Shown here: positions 51,953-64,000 of the stretch, one piece after another | How positions within the stretch are numbered: the stretch's first letter is position 1 | Layout: every line of letters begins with the position of its first letter | Source of the DNA: Callorhinchus milii | Lineage: Eukaryota | Assembly: GCF_018977255.1 (NCBI RefSeq) | Contig: NW_024704743.1 | Coordinates: 101,000,001 to 101,064,000 of the forward strand | Direction of reading: 5' to 3' | DNA: 64,000 bases | Translations under genes and position numbers: made by a program | Notes under the pieces: model-generated | Told to the model about the DNA's origin: nothing | Database searches by the model: none | What the model saw: only the letters and a program-made list of their open reading frames with translations

Positions 51953-54105
51953 CAACAACAACAAGATTACATTTGTATAATGCCTTTCACGTCAGGGGGA
52001 CGTCCCAAGGTGATGCACAGTGTACAGCATTTCAGACCCGAGCTGGGGTCAGGGAGGGAGAAGGGAGGGAAGGTGATTGATGGCATGGTCGAAGAGGAGG
52101 GTTTTGAGGCGGGACTTGAAGGAGGCTAAGGAGGGGGCGAGGCGGATTGATTGAGGGATAGAGTTCCAGAGGTTGGGGGCAGAGTGGCTGAAGGCTCTCC
52201 CGCCAATGGAGGGGTGGGTGGGTCGGGGGACGTGGAGCAGGCCAGAGCCGGCTGAGTGGACAGAGCGGGCGGGTTGGTAGGGGGTTAGGAGGTCACAGAG
52301 ATAGGGTGGGGCGAGGCCGTGGAGGGCTTTGTAGATGAGGGCTAGGATCTTGAACTGGATCCTCTGAAGCCAATGGAGTCGAACGAGAATGGGGGAGATG
52401 TGCTTTGTGGAGTTTGGTGCGGGAGAGGACATGGGCTGCAGAGTTCTGGATTATCTGCAGACTGTGGAGGGAGGCGTTGGGAAGGCCGACAAGCAGGGCA
52501 TTTGCATAGTCGAACCTGGAGGTGATGAAGACATGAACAAGAGTTTCAGCGGCCTGAGGTAGTGGTGGAGTCGGGCGATGTTACGGAGGTGAGGGAAGGC
52601 AGAGCGGGTTATGGCTTGGATATGGGGAAGAAAAGACAGTTGAGGGTCAAACAAGGCACCTAGGTTCCTGACTGGCTTGGTGAGTTGTAGTGTGCAACCA
52701 TGGAGGTTGATGCTGCCAGAGCCTGAGGTGCTGAGGCGCTGGCGCGAGCCAATCAGGTGGGCCTCAGTCTTGTTCACATTCAACTGTAGGAAATTTGCCC
52801 TCATCCAGGACTTAATAATAATAATAATAATAATCCTTGCATTTGATATAGCGCTTTTCACGTCGGGAGGACGTCCCAAAGCGCTTCACAGAACACACTG
52901 TAAAGTGAATTGACTGTATATTTGTGGGGGAACGCGGCAGCCAATTGCGCACAGCAATGTCCCACAAACAGTCGTAGATTGCAAATGACCAATTTTTTTT
53001 CATTATTGATTTTGGTTTTTGGAGGGATTATTATTAGGCGTGTGGAGTAAGGAAACTTGCCCAAGGTTTCGCCCTGCCTGGAATTGAACTCAGGTCTCTC
53101 ACTTGCAAAGCGACTGCTCTAACCACTGAGCTACAGGACTTGATGTCCGACAGGCAGTCTGTCATGACAGCAGTGGTCCTGGAGTTGAGGGTGGAGGCAG
53201 AAAGAAAGTTGGGTGTCATCCGCATACATGTAGAAGTTGACCCCATGTCTGCGGATGATGTCACCAAGGGCGAGCATGTAGATATTAAAGAGGAGAGGGC
53301 CAAGAACAGAACCCTGGGGACCACGGACGTGACAGTGCGGGGGCTGGAGGAGAAACCGTTAGAGGCAACAACATGGAGACGGTGAGAGAGACAGGAATCA
53401 AACCAGGCAAGGGCAGATCTGTGAAGATTAAGTAATGAGGAGAGGCGGTGTATGAGGATGGAGTGGTCGACAGTGTCGAAGGCGGCAGAGAGGTCGAGGA
53501 AGATAAGGAGGCAGAGGGAGCCCTGATCACAGATGTTCAGAATGTCATTAGTGACTTTGACCAGGGCTGTTTCCATGCTACGGGCAGCACGGAAGCCGGA
53601 TTGGAGGGGTTCAAAGAGGGAATGGCGAGAAAGAAAAGAGCGGAGCTGGGAAGTGATGACTTGTTCCAATACCTTGGAGAGGAATGGGAGGTTAGAGATG
53701 GGGCAGTAGCTGGAAAGTAAGAATGGGTCCAAGGAAGGTTTTTTCACAATGGGGGTGATGATGGCTGTTTTTAGGAGGCTGGGAACTGAACTGGTGGACA
53801 AGGAGAGGTTGATGACGTCAGAGAGGAGAGGGGCCAGAAGATGGAGCTGGGAGATGAGGAGAGAGGATCGAGGAAGCAGGTGGTGGGTTTGAGTTTGTGG
53901 ACAGTCGTGGTGAAGGAGGAGGGAGAGATATTGTCGAAGGAGTATAGGGGGGAATGGGTGGGGGGTGGGTCATGAGAGAGAGGTGATGTGGGGGTGTCGG
54001 GGGGTGGGGCAGAGGTGGCTGAACGTATTCCCTCGATTTTGGATTCGAGGAAGTCCAGCATCTCCTCACAGTTGGAGTTTGAGGAGAGGATGCAGCGAGG
54101 ACTGA
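51953..54105 (-). mobile_element. L2 LINE, 5'-truncated, RT plus 3' tail, interrupted by a SINE
   Basis: KTAIITPIVKKPSLDP, PISNLPFLSKVLEQ, QSGFRAARSMETALVKVTND and LDLSAAFDTVDH motifs; (TTG)n tail. Confidence 0.93.
52814..53139 (-). mobile_element. Young tRNA-derived SINE, short form, nested in L2
   Basis: Full-length; direct repeat caggactt at 52806-52813 / 53134-53141. Confidence 0.92.
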
Positions 54106-55344
54106 ATGTCTGAGAAACAGAATATCACACTGGTACTATAAAAGCTGTTCTGGAGAATTCATTTTGAAGTGCTACATCTTTTATTTCCTTCTGTTACATA
54201 CTGTACGTGACATACAATATTTGATGTGATCACTGGAGTCTAAAATGCAATATTCTCTAACCATTTTGCTCATTTGCTTGGTAGCCTATTTCTGAATTTT
54301 GCAGCTTTGAGATTCGAAAACCTTGCAATATGATATTTGTAAACCATGAGTCATGATCTGGGCCAATAGAACAGTGTGGCCGGACTCTGTCTGCTGCTGT
54401 TTTGCCCACTGTAGCAGTGCGCATTCCATTCCAACAACCTATCTGTGGGATTTCCACGTGTAGGTGGGATGCACGGAAATCTCAGCTTGGTTTGGATTCT
54501 CTTAAGCATGGTGATAGGTTTCCGATTGGGTCAGATACCCGGCTGATCCCCAAAAAATGATGTCACGGTGTAAAATCCAGTATGTACATTCCAGTTATTT
54601 GCCACTAGGGGGATTATAGCTGTGTCATTGTGTACCCCCGTTAGCGTCGATAGGTACATTATAGAACCATTGTTTTGAACAGGGGAGAATTTACCCTATT
54701 TCATATTGCTGTGATTTCACCCTCAGTTCATTGCTTCAAAAGCTTCCCACTTCATTCAAGAACATCAAAAAATGATTACTCTTATCAGAGTAAAGCTGTG
54801 AGTTAGCATAGAAATTACGGAAACCTACAAGATGTCAAAGGGAACTTTTCTGATGTAGGGTCATGGCTGAAATGTTATCTTAAGTAATGTCTTTCCCCTT
54901 GACAGAATATCTCAAAGCACTCAACAAAAGTAATGATTTTCACCAAGCAGGAGATTTTAAAGATATTGAGCAAAGGTACATTCTAAGAGGTGCATTTTTA
55001 TGAGGTTTTTCAAGTGGCAATGAAGTAGCAAGGCACAATAGTTTTGGAAACGAGGCAAGAATCTTGAAGAGGCAAGCTGTTGGGTTTCCGGGTTCTTCAT
55101 CAGCTGAAGCTTCTGGAGAGTGAAGCCAGGGAGGAGTAATGGAAATCTTTCCTCAAGGTATCAAACATGGAAAAGGCTCTTGGCAGCAGATGTGGAACAA
55201 GTAGTGGACTGGTGGGCTTTTGAAATTCATTTCAGGGACAAGCAGAACCTTAGCCTATCTTTCTCTTTCAGACACTGATAAACAATCTGCTGTGCATTTC
55301 CAGCACTTTCTGATTTCGTTACACCAAAGACTTAATTAGGTGTC

Positions 55345-55755
55345 ATCATGGCTTAATTGGTAGCACTCTCACCTCTGAATCAAAAGGCTATGCGTTCAAG
55401 CCTCACACCAGAACTTTGAACTCAACAGTCCAGACTCACACTCCAGTGCTAGGGGAGTGCTCCATTGTTGGAATTATAAGACAATAAACTGAGATCATGT
55501 CTACCTTTTCAGGTGAACATAAAGGATCCCACGACACTATTCAAGATAAGAGAGTTTTGCATGGTGTCCTGGCCAACAATCCCTCAGATAGGATGGGTCA
55601 TTCACATTACAGCTGTTTGAGGGACATTGCTGTGCTCAAATTGCTGTGGTATTTCCTTACAAAATTCTAGTGCCTTCACTTACAGTGAATCCTTCGAAGC
55701 GCTTTGAAACTCGTGATTTGAAAGGTGCTATATCAAAGGCAAAGATTATTCTTTA
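55345..55755 (+). mobile_element. Older Deu-domain SINE (related copies ~4120-4515 -, 4700-5030 +, 14905-15190 -, 18990-19315 -, 34210-34510 -, 40220-40600 +, 58400-58630 +)
   Basis: Different tRNA-like head (ttggtagcactctcacctctgaatca), body aaagatccc..gcact..ggtgtcctggccaaca, Deu-like core and L2-type tail. Boundaries approximate. Confidence 0.75.
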
Positions 55756-56791
55756 AAAAAACGAATGGGTCATCGTGTAGAAAATAAACAATTTCCTATG
55801 TACTTGCCACATGATTATTCAAAGGACTGAAAAGCTTCGGCCTGATTTCTGTCTCTATCTGCAGGTAATGGTGTGAGACAAAATGGCAGCTTCTAATTCT
55901 GTGGCCCCCACTTAATCTAATAGGGGTAATGGCCAAACTCCCCAGGAACTTTACATTTGACATTCCTATTCACTGGATGCATTTATAGCAATGTATCCTC
56001 AACCGGGTTTATTTTATTCTAATTTAAATTGATGAGTCCTTTTGCACAATATTTATGAAAACGGTAAGAAATAGTGTTAATAAACACATATAAAAGTCAT
56101 AACTAAAACACGCAGCGGTAAATGCAACTGAGTGCCAAATGTTAACATACTAGCTGTTTCTCTTCATAATCCAATTATGAACGTCAAGAAACTGCTGGCC
56201 AGAAAATTAGCACAACAGCAGTGCAGTGCAGTGGAGAATTAATTTAGAAAGAAAGGAAAACATTTACTGTCCAGACCGCAAATCAGTTGGAACTGTAATA
56301 CAATGACAACATGCCAGTTGCTGAACTGAACAGGGCCTGACAATCGACCCCTGAGGAGGAGAACCTGTCAGTATTAATATTGTACAGCTCACAGGCTCAC
56401 CGCTTGCTCAAAGGAGTTTCCTTTCTCTGTGGAAGACGAAGAGCTGACAACTAGCTGCATATCAACCAAAACAGCACAATATTTCCACAAAAATTGATAA
56501 TAACCTTAACTGTCAAACTTTACCTCAACAAAGTTCATGGAAGAAAATGCAAAGTAAGTTGTGCTTTACACTTTATGCCAGTCTTTCTTACACACATCAA
56601 TATCTTGTCAAGGAGAGTGAATATACTCATTCTGAAAATTCAAAGATTGCTTTATGGTGACTGCAAGATGTGAAGCAGAATCGTATAACAAGTGTTAATC
56701 AAATGCCAAAGGTGTCTCAGAACTACATAAAAGAACAGGGTACATTGCAAGCTGTGAAATAATGTTAGCTTTCCAAAGTGTGAATCCATTT

Positions 56792-56997
56792 AAAACATGA
56801 GGCCCCAAATCCTCTTGGTCTTAGCCTAAAAATTTGAATCAGCAGACATTTGAAAGATTTTCAAATCCAAAACTGTTTATCACATTTCATCCGAATTAAC
56901 ATTTTTCCAAAAAATCTGTACAATTTTAAATTTTAAAACAATAACATTAAATGCAAGACCAAGAGAAATTTTGAGCCTCTGATTCGATACATGTTTT
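56792..56997. mobile_element. MITE-like element with ~27-bp imperfect terminal inverted repeats
   Basis: gaggccccaaatcctcttggtcttagc versus the reverse complement of gcaagaccaagagaaattttgagcctc; AT-rich interior; a related end at ~31480-31515. Confidence 0.6.
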
Positions 56998-57254
56998 AGT
57001 TACCTAATTTTGAATGAATAAAGTTTGTGATTTAAGATGGATTGTTGCAGGCAAGTCACAAGTAAACTACAGAGATTTTTTAGAAAGAGTTTATTGCTAA
57101 AAATATTGGTCCGATTACTTTTGTGTTAAACCAGAATAATGACTGGAATGAATCAAATGTTATTTATATATTTTTTGTTTTTTAATTAAAATATATAATT
57201 TGTGCCCGAACCACAATAACAAGAAGGAAAATTATTTTCTCCCCTTTATCTCAA

Positions 57255-57620
57255 ATTACAATTTGCATTGATATAGAGCCTTTTACGTCAGGAGACACCT
57301 CAAAGTGCTTCACACAACTGACTGGGAGTCCAAGCTGGGGGGGGGGAGTGGACCTAAGGAAGGTGGCTCAAAGTGCAGTTGAAAAGATGGGCTTTAATAG
57401 ATAGAGAGGTTTTAAAGATGTAGAGGGAGGGAGAAATCCAGAGCTGGTCTGGGATGGAGCTCCAGAGAGTGGAGGCAATTTGCTGAATGCTCGTTCACTG
57501 ATGGTGAGACATGAAGCACGCTGGTGTTTGCTGAGGGGAGGGAGTGGCTGGTGTGGCAGGGTCACTTGAGATAAAGCCATGGAGGCATTTGGCATTAAGG
57601 TGAAGAAGCTAGGTTTCAAA
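57255..57620 (-). mobile_element. Old L2 3' end
   Basis: L2-type tail and degraded ORF2 C-terminal sequence. Confidence 0.65.
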
Positions 57621-60354
57621 GTTTCAACAAATAAATGCCACTGGGATGTCTGACCACAATTGAAGAACCTAAAAGGGGGCAGATTTTATTGGTTGCCCAA
57701 AGAAAAATATTTTCCTTAGCAGAGGGCATAGTTTGTTTAACAGCATGTAAATTCAGTTGTTTCTTTTCTTCCAGGACATAACTTTAAAACTTAAGAAACG
57801 TAAAAATAGGCACAACATTGCTCCACAAATACTGACACAGCTGCATATCTTACTGCAATGTAATCTTCTTAAATTTATTATCCACAGTTAACTTATTTGT
57901 TTCATCCAATAGTTTACTTTAAGATTTTTGTTGCTCGATTCAAAGGAAAAATATAGGGGCACAAGAGTTGGCCATAATATAATATTTAGTATCTATAGTA
58001 GAGATTTCTTTCTTATATTCAGCTAAGCTTTTTGTTCCTAATGTGTCCAAAATACAGGCAAGAAACACATTTTGACTGCAGAATTGGTAAAGAAAGCTAA
58101 AAAAAAATGAATTGAAAGAATGGTCATTGTCTTGAGGGGAGAAGGAATAAATAAACAATTAGCATGAGGAAGTTTGAGGGAATTAACCAATTGCGGGTAT
58201 GAAATACTAGCGTCACTGCATGCAAAGACTTAGGGTTGGATATCTGAATGAGGTTGGCTACAATAAAGCCTTATTGTGGTTTTCCCCTGTTGGGACAATG
58301 GCTTATTTTTCGGTATATGGAGGATGAACAAATGCTCACGAATGGATCATTGTGGATTCAGACGTTAATCCAGAAGCTGTATTCTGGTTCAGATTAATCA
58401 TAGAGTTTGATAACGTTAAAGTCTCATGGCACTATTTGGTAAGTTTCTGACCGCTTTCCTGACCAACAATCCCTCAGATAAAATTGGTCATTCACTTCAT
58501 GGCTGCTTGTGGTACGGTGCAGTGTGCAAATTCACAATCACCACATTTGACAGTAAATCCTATCAAGCGCTTAGAAACATCCTGCTAACATGAAAGGCAC
58601 TGTATGAAATGTAAGGATTATTATTATAATAAAACTTTTCTTTTAGATTTGGGCTATTTAGATCAGGAGAAATAAGTAAAATATTCCAATAATATTTTCG
58701 TGAATATACATCTGAAAGACTTCCCCCACCCCGACCTTACCTAAAAAAAATCCTGATTTATTGGTTAAACCAATAAAATTACTAGATAAGGATTGAAGGA
58801 CAATTTTCTCAACTTGATATTATTCAATTCGTAAAATGTGATTTCAATCATGTATTTGTCGCAGTGACCAATAAACTATTTAAGTAGTACATGAAATACC
58901 ATTGACAACAGATTCCAACAGATAAACAGCATGATTTTTCTTCCAGTTGATTTCTCTTCCATTTTTTCCCCCCCAAAAAACATTTTTTTCAGATAATCCT
59001 CGAGTTACACCAAACCAGAAGAACGGCATGACTCAGCAACACGTAAAGGGCGGTTTAAGAGAGATTTATTTTCAACCCTGCTCCAACATAAATTACACAT
59101 CATCCGATAAGACCATAAGAATTAGGAGCAGGAGTAGACCATTCGGCCCCTCGAGCCTTCCCCGCCATTTAATAAGATCATTGCTAATCTTTTAACCTAA
59201 TTTAATTTACCCGTCCTATCCCCATATCCCTTAATCCCTCTATCCTTTAGAAATCTATCCACCTCAGTCTTAAATATGTTCAGGGAACATAACAAGCATC
59301 CTGACATGAAAGGCGTTATAGCAAATACTAGAATAACAATAATTACAGAAAGCAGATAACTAGTTGTTTTGCAATGCGATATCAAATTGCTAACTATCCT
59401 TTACATATTAGTTGTGATTTTACTGATACTGTTTATGATGTGTAATATTTTTAAAAAATGCATGGATTAATTTAGGATAAATAATTTAGTCGTATGCTTT
59501 CCTTGATATAATACCATAGTACAACATCTTGCACTAAAATACAAAGGGTATGGAGACAAAATAGAGGAATGCAATTGTATCTGATAGCTCTCTGGAGGAG
59601 TTCAGCAAAATAGGATGAATTTGTCCCCTTCTGTGCTGTAAACTCTCCATGATCAATAAACATTCAGAATAGTTCACTCATTTCCCACAACAACAAAAAA
59701 TACTAAAGTAGCCCTTTTTAAATACTGTATTACATTGAATAGGTAATGATCCTGTTACAGGAACCAGAGAAATATCTATGAAACAGACAGATTTCTACAT
59801 GATGGATAGAGTGTACCAATGGTGACTGGCCCACAGCAAAGTGCCACCTACTTAATCTCTATAGTTACTGAGTCTTATAACTCGTCCATCAGCTTGAATA
59901 TGGTGAGGGCTATCTATGATTTCTCAATGTCTCTTTGTCAGTTTGTCTGCAAGAAGTCGGGAGCATCAATATTTGCTTTTTCGTCTGTTTCTAATCTGAC
60001 CTCTGGGGGTAGAAAACTGCAGCTGTAATAAAATCAATCAGCCATATGAAGGCTAACTCCATCACTGCCATTTCTCATAACTGCTGCATTTCTTGCTGCG
60101 TTTCAGTCAGATTTGGAGAGATAGAATTGCTGAAATTACTGCTGCAGATCTAGGGTGTGATGGCATCTGGGCTCTCACTCACTCAACTTTCCCTTTGCAA
60201 CATTACCTGCCTCAGTCACTATCTCCTCCCCTTGGCTGCCGAGACCCTCAGCCATACCATCATTACAGTGTACTCTGTGAAGTGCTTTGAGACGTCTCAA
60301 AGATGTGCTACGGTGCTATGTCAAATGCAAGGATTATTATTAATATTATTACCA

Positions 60355-61210
60355 TCATCATCACCTCTAGGCTCAATTACTCCAATTCCTTGACAGCAGC
60401 CTCCCCAGTGGCACCCTGTACAAACTGCATACCAGAACTCTGTCGGCTGTGTCCTCTCCCGCACAAGGCTTTGAGAGCTCATCACCCCCATCCTGACTCA
60501 ACTCCACTTGTTCCCTATCCCCACCAGGTTAAATTCAACATTCTCTTCCTCATTTTCAAATGCCCCATGTCATCCGATCTCTGCAACCTCCTGCGACCCC
60601 ACTGTCCCGGCCACTCCCTCTGCTCAGCTTGTTTCACATCCCTCACTTGCTCTGGCCTATCATCAATGGGTGAGCCCTCAGTCATTTTGCCCTACTCCCT
60701 GGAACTCAATCCCGGAGTGCCTCCACCTTGCTCCCTCCCTCTCCGCCTGCCTTCAAAATAATAATAATAATAATCCTTGCATTTGATATTGCGCTTTTCA
60801 AGTCTTCCAGATGTCTCAAAACGCTTCACAGAATATACTGTAAAGTGAATTGACTATATATTTGTGGTAAAAACGCGGCAGCCAAATGCACACAGCAGTG
60901 TCCCACAAACAGTCGGGGATTGAAAATGACCAATTTATTATTGTTTTTGGAGGAATTATTAGTAGGCGTGTGGAGTAAGGAAGCTTGCCCAAGGTTTCAC
61001 CCTGCCTGGAATTGAACCCAGGTGTCTCGCTTGCAAGGCGAGTGCTCTAACCACTGAGCTACAGGACTCAAAACCTGCCTGAAGATCTGTCCCTTGGACA
61101 ATGTTTTCGGCCCCTCTTCTGCTCGCCCCTCCTTAGGTTCTCAGTCAGCTGTGTGAAGCACTTTGAGATGTGCTCCCAATGTGAAAGGTCCTATATAAAT
61201 TTAAACTGTT
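60355..61210 (+). mobile_element. Old L2 3' fragment interrupted by a SINE
   Basis: ITSRLNYSNSL peptide; L2 sequence resumes after the SINE; tail at ~61150-61210. Confidence 0.8.
60759..61067 (-). mobile_element. Young tRNA-derived SINE, short form, nested in L2
   Basis: Full-length; TSD tcaaaa at 60753-60758 / 61068-61073. Confidence 0.92.
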
Positions 61211-64000
61211 GCACGACAAGCACGTGGCACATGCAATTGTCCATGATTTATTATCCATGATGGATAATGGCAGCATTTGGCATTATGGTGTAGAATTGTA
61301 ATGAAAAAAAATCACTTGTTACTATTTATTCCACACACAGAAACGGAATGTTCATAAAATAAAAAGCAGAGAGATATATTATCTAAACCACATCTAAAAT
61401 TGAGGGGAGAAAATTTAGAACTGCTAATTATTCTGCAAAAAACAAGTCAAAAGGAAAAGAAAGATATTTTCAGCTTCTGTAATATCCTGTGTCTGAGTCA
61501 AAATTCATCCTCAATATCTTAGTTGGTTGAGCAGAATTGGGAGCAGAGTCTCTGCATTTAATTCCAAATGGGATCATTCAGCTCTTATAAAGGCTAATAA
61601 AATTAGTTTGATATCTACAACTAAAATGAGGAAAGTAAGTAAGGTCTCCCTGTGGATTGAACAGGATCTGAGAAGACATGCCTGGCAAAGCCACTGTAAT
61701 CCAAATCAATGTTCATGACTGCTTCAGCCTGCCTGATTGAACAGTGGAAGAAAACATACTTTTACAGTGACAATAAAGGCGAAATATAAAGTGATGTACT
61801 CTCTTTTTGCCAGTGGGTTTGCCGACCTTAGTGTTGAGTGCATATTGTTTTCCGCTCATCGATTAAATTTAACAAGTAGAGAGCAATGCACAAGTCACCC
61901 GGGTCAGTAAAGTTACTGACAACTCTGAGTCTTCCTATTTCATTGGGCGGATTGGAAATAAGAGGTGGAAAATAGCATTGTACTGATTCAAACTGAAATA
62001 AATGGCATGTCTATCAGTAAGAGAGGCAGAATAAAGTACATGTTTCATAAAGCCTTTCAAGATAAGCAAAATCAGGCTATCTGCACACTGTTCTGGATAC
62101 TGTGACATCCTGCCTGGGCTCCAGAGGCAGTGCAGAGGAAAGTAACAAGGATGTTTCTCAGAGTTAAATGAATGGGCTGTGACAGCAGTGTCTCCAACTT
62201 CTCGGTCTTGAAGAGAGACATATAAGATTTTACATTGAATGAGAAAGTAAAAAAAAATGACAACTTGCATTTATATTGCACTCTTCACGTGAGGTAGTGT
62301 CTTGGATGTACCAAGACAGTAGAACAAGAGGCTACAGTTTTAGAGTTACTAAGGGCAATTAGAGGACAGACATCAGGAAATATTTCTTTAGCCAGAGGGT
62401 AATTAATAATAAGAATGAGTTACCAGGAAGAGTGGTTGAAGCAGAACGCTGGACTCATTAAAAAAAAGATGTAGTTATGGGAGGATGGGTATTCTGGAAG
62501 AATGAAGTTCCATTCCTCTCTTTACATTTGTGCTTATACAAATGATGTGCCTCAGAGTAAGATTAAGATGGGCTTAATCGTTGCAATTAAGTGTTTAAAA
62601 GATATTAACTCAAGCTCTTCATTTTACAGTTCTGTACGTAATAGCTGTAACAAAAGTGGATTTGAATTTCACCATCAGCAGATGTAAAAACAAAGGCCTT
62701 TTTAAAAAACCTTTCAAAGAAGTCATCTTAGTAAACATAAATATTGTGAGTAAATATTCTCAATTAGAAGTAAATATTCTCAAATTTGTGTACAGTACTA
62801 AAGAATGGTCATTTGGCACAAATGTGATTCTCACATGTCTTCTAACCCCTCTCCCTTGTGCTGAGTACATCTGTAAAGAAAAAAACTCTCTTAACCCTTT
62901 TCCATTCCTCATGTCTCTATTGAGAAATTGGAAAAAAACATCTGACTGGGTCTGTGAGTGATGCAAACTGTAAATTGAGGACAGGGAGCCGCTGTGTTTG
63001 CTGTGGTAGTATTTCTTCCAAACTAGCTTTGAGAACCATGCTCATGAATCACTACAATTGTACTGTCAAACACTCTGCTCGTTTTGTACGTGAATCACAC
63101 ACAATTATACATTACGTTCCTCATTTAGATGAGTGAAAGAATAAGCATTTTGCTGTGTGGTATCAAAGCTTGGAGCTTCATTTCAAGGTATTTGATCCTG
63201 AATTTGTGGATTTTTTTTGGAAGTTCAGTATAATATGTTTACATGCTGTTAAACGAATTAGTTGACTTAGTTGCAGCCAAACACGAATCTGCTGTTTTTG
63301 ATCAGCACAGACCAAAAAATGGATGTACAATACTTAACATCTATTATTTTCAAATTATTTGCTATTGCAAAGTACTAATCCACTGGAAAACTATTTATTT
63401 TGCGGGATGTTTGAAGTTGTCCAAAAGCGGACAAAAATAAACAAATGAATGTTACATGATTACAAAAACAATTTAATAAACTTTATTTTAAAAAGCAATC
63501 TTTAAGGATGGTGGTTTTTTTAGTCCCTTCAGACAATATTCCCCTGGTCCCATTACCTCAGTTCTGTTTTTATTTTTGCACGAAAAAGATTCTGAAGGCC
63601 AGATTATATTTCTCTTAATTCCCTCTTTTTCTGCACACAAAACAAATCCATATTTAATGCATAATTCCCTTCACAAACCTAAAAACCTAGATATCTGCTG
63701 ACCAAATTTCTGTCATCAATTTCTTCTGGGACCGGCAGTGGTCCTTTCTATGCTTTCTGATCGTGTTCCAAGGATTCAATACCTTTTTGTAGATACATTG
63801 CCCAGACTGGATTCAGTTCTCCCAATAATGGGTTTCTTTTTTGGTTCCAATACCAACATCTTTGGAAAATAATACTTTTAATACCGTACACACAGCCAGG
63901 ATAATTTCTTGGACTTGACATTAACTTACTATTTGCCTTAGCAAACATTACCATCCAGCAGTAACAGCAGTTTTAATATTGAGTGTATCATAGCCAACAT

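Noticed and set aside
53034..53801. 255-aa ORF, the longest in the track
   Set aside because: A frameshifted L2 reverse-transcriptase fragment running into a SINE; not a host gene or an intact element.
54599..54618. CTCF-like motif gccactagggggatta
   Set aside because: The conserved C after the G run is missing; a single motif match is not sufficient.
56401..56454. Possible 54-nt minus-strand exon LVVSSSSSTEKGNSFEQA (cag / gtgagc)
   Set aside because: No recognisable L3MBTL similarity, and a phase-0 end cannot join the phase-1 exon at 35067.
63557..63630. Possible minus-strand exon KEGIKRNIIWPSESFSCKNKNRTE (cag / gtaatg)
   Set aside because: Splice signals are plausible but there is no homology and the phase is incompatible; needs RNA-seq.

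Overview
Vertebrate genomic DNA, not prokaryotic. The repeat content (tRNA-derived SINEs with Deu-like bodies and L2-type tails, L2 and CR1 LINEs) points to a cartilaginous fish, probably a chimaera/elephant-shark-like genome; this is an inference. The window holds the last three coding exons of a minus-strand L3MBTL-family gene (SAM domain; best recalled match L3MBTL4) at 35067-34898, 25484-25422 and 24659-24516. These are followed by a probable ~3.7 kb 3' UTR and preceded by a >29 kb intron with no recognisable exon. A CpG-rich promoter with two apparent spliced 5' exons (~9250-8696, minus) belongs to the next gene, possibly TMEM200C by recalled synteny; its coding exon is not visible. The rest is mostly transposon-derived. 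Best leads: a complete non-autonomous Helitron, an ancient SINE that appears to supply the L3MBTL stop codon, AmnSINE2-like copies, compensatory stem changes in the shared L2/SINE 3' tail, nested insertions with microhomology, a candidate recursive splice site, and palindromic MITE-like relics. I see no convincing wholly new biological system. Most ORFs in the supplied track are spurious or LINE fragments. Family names come from memory, not database searches.
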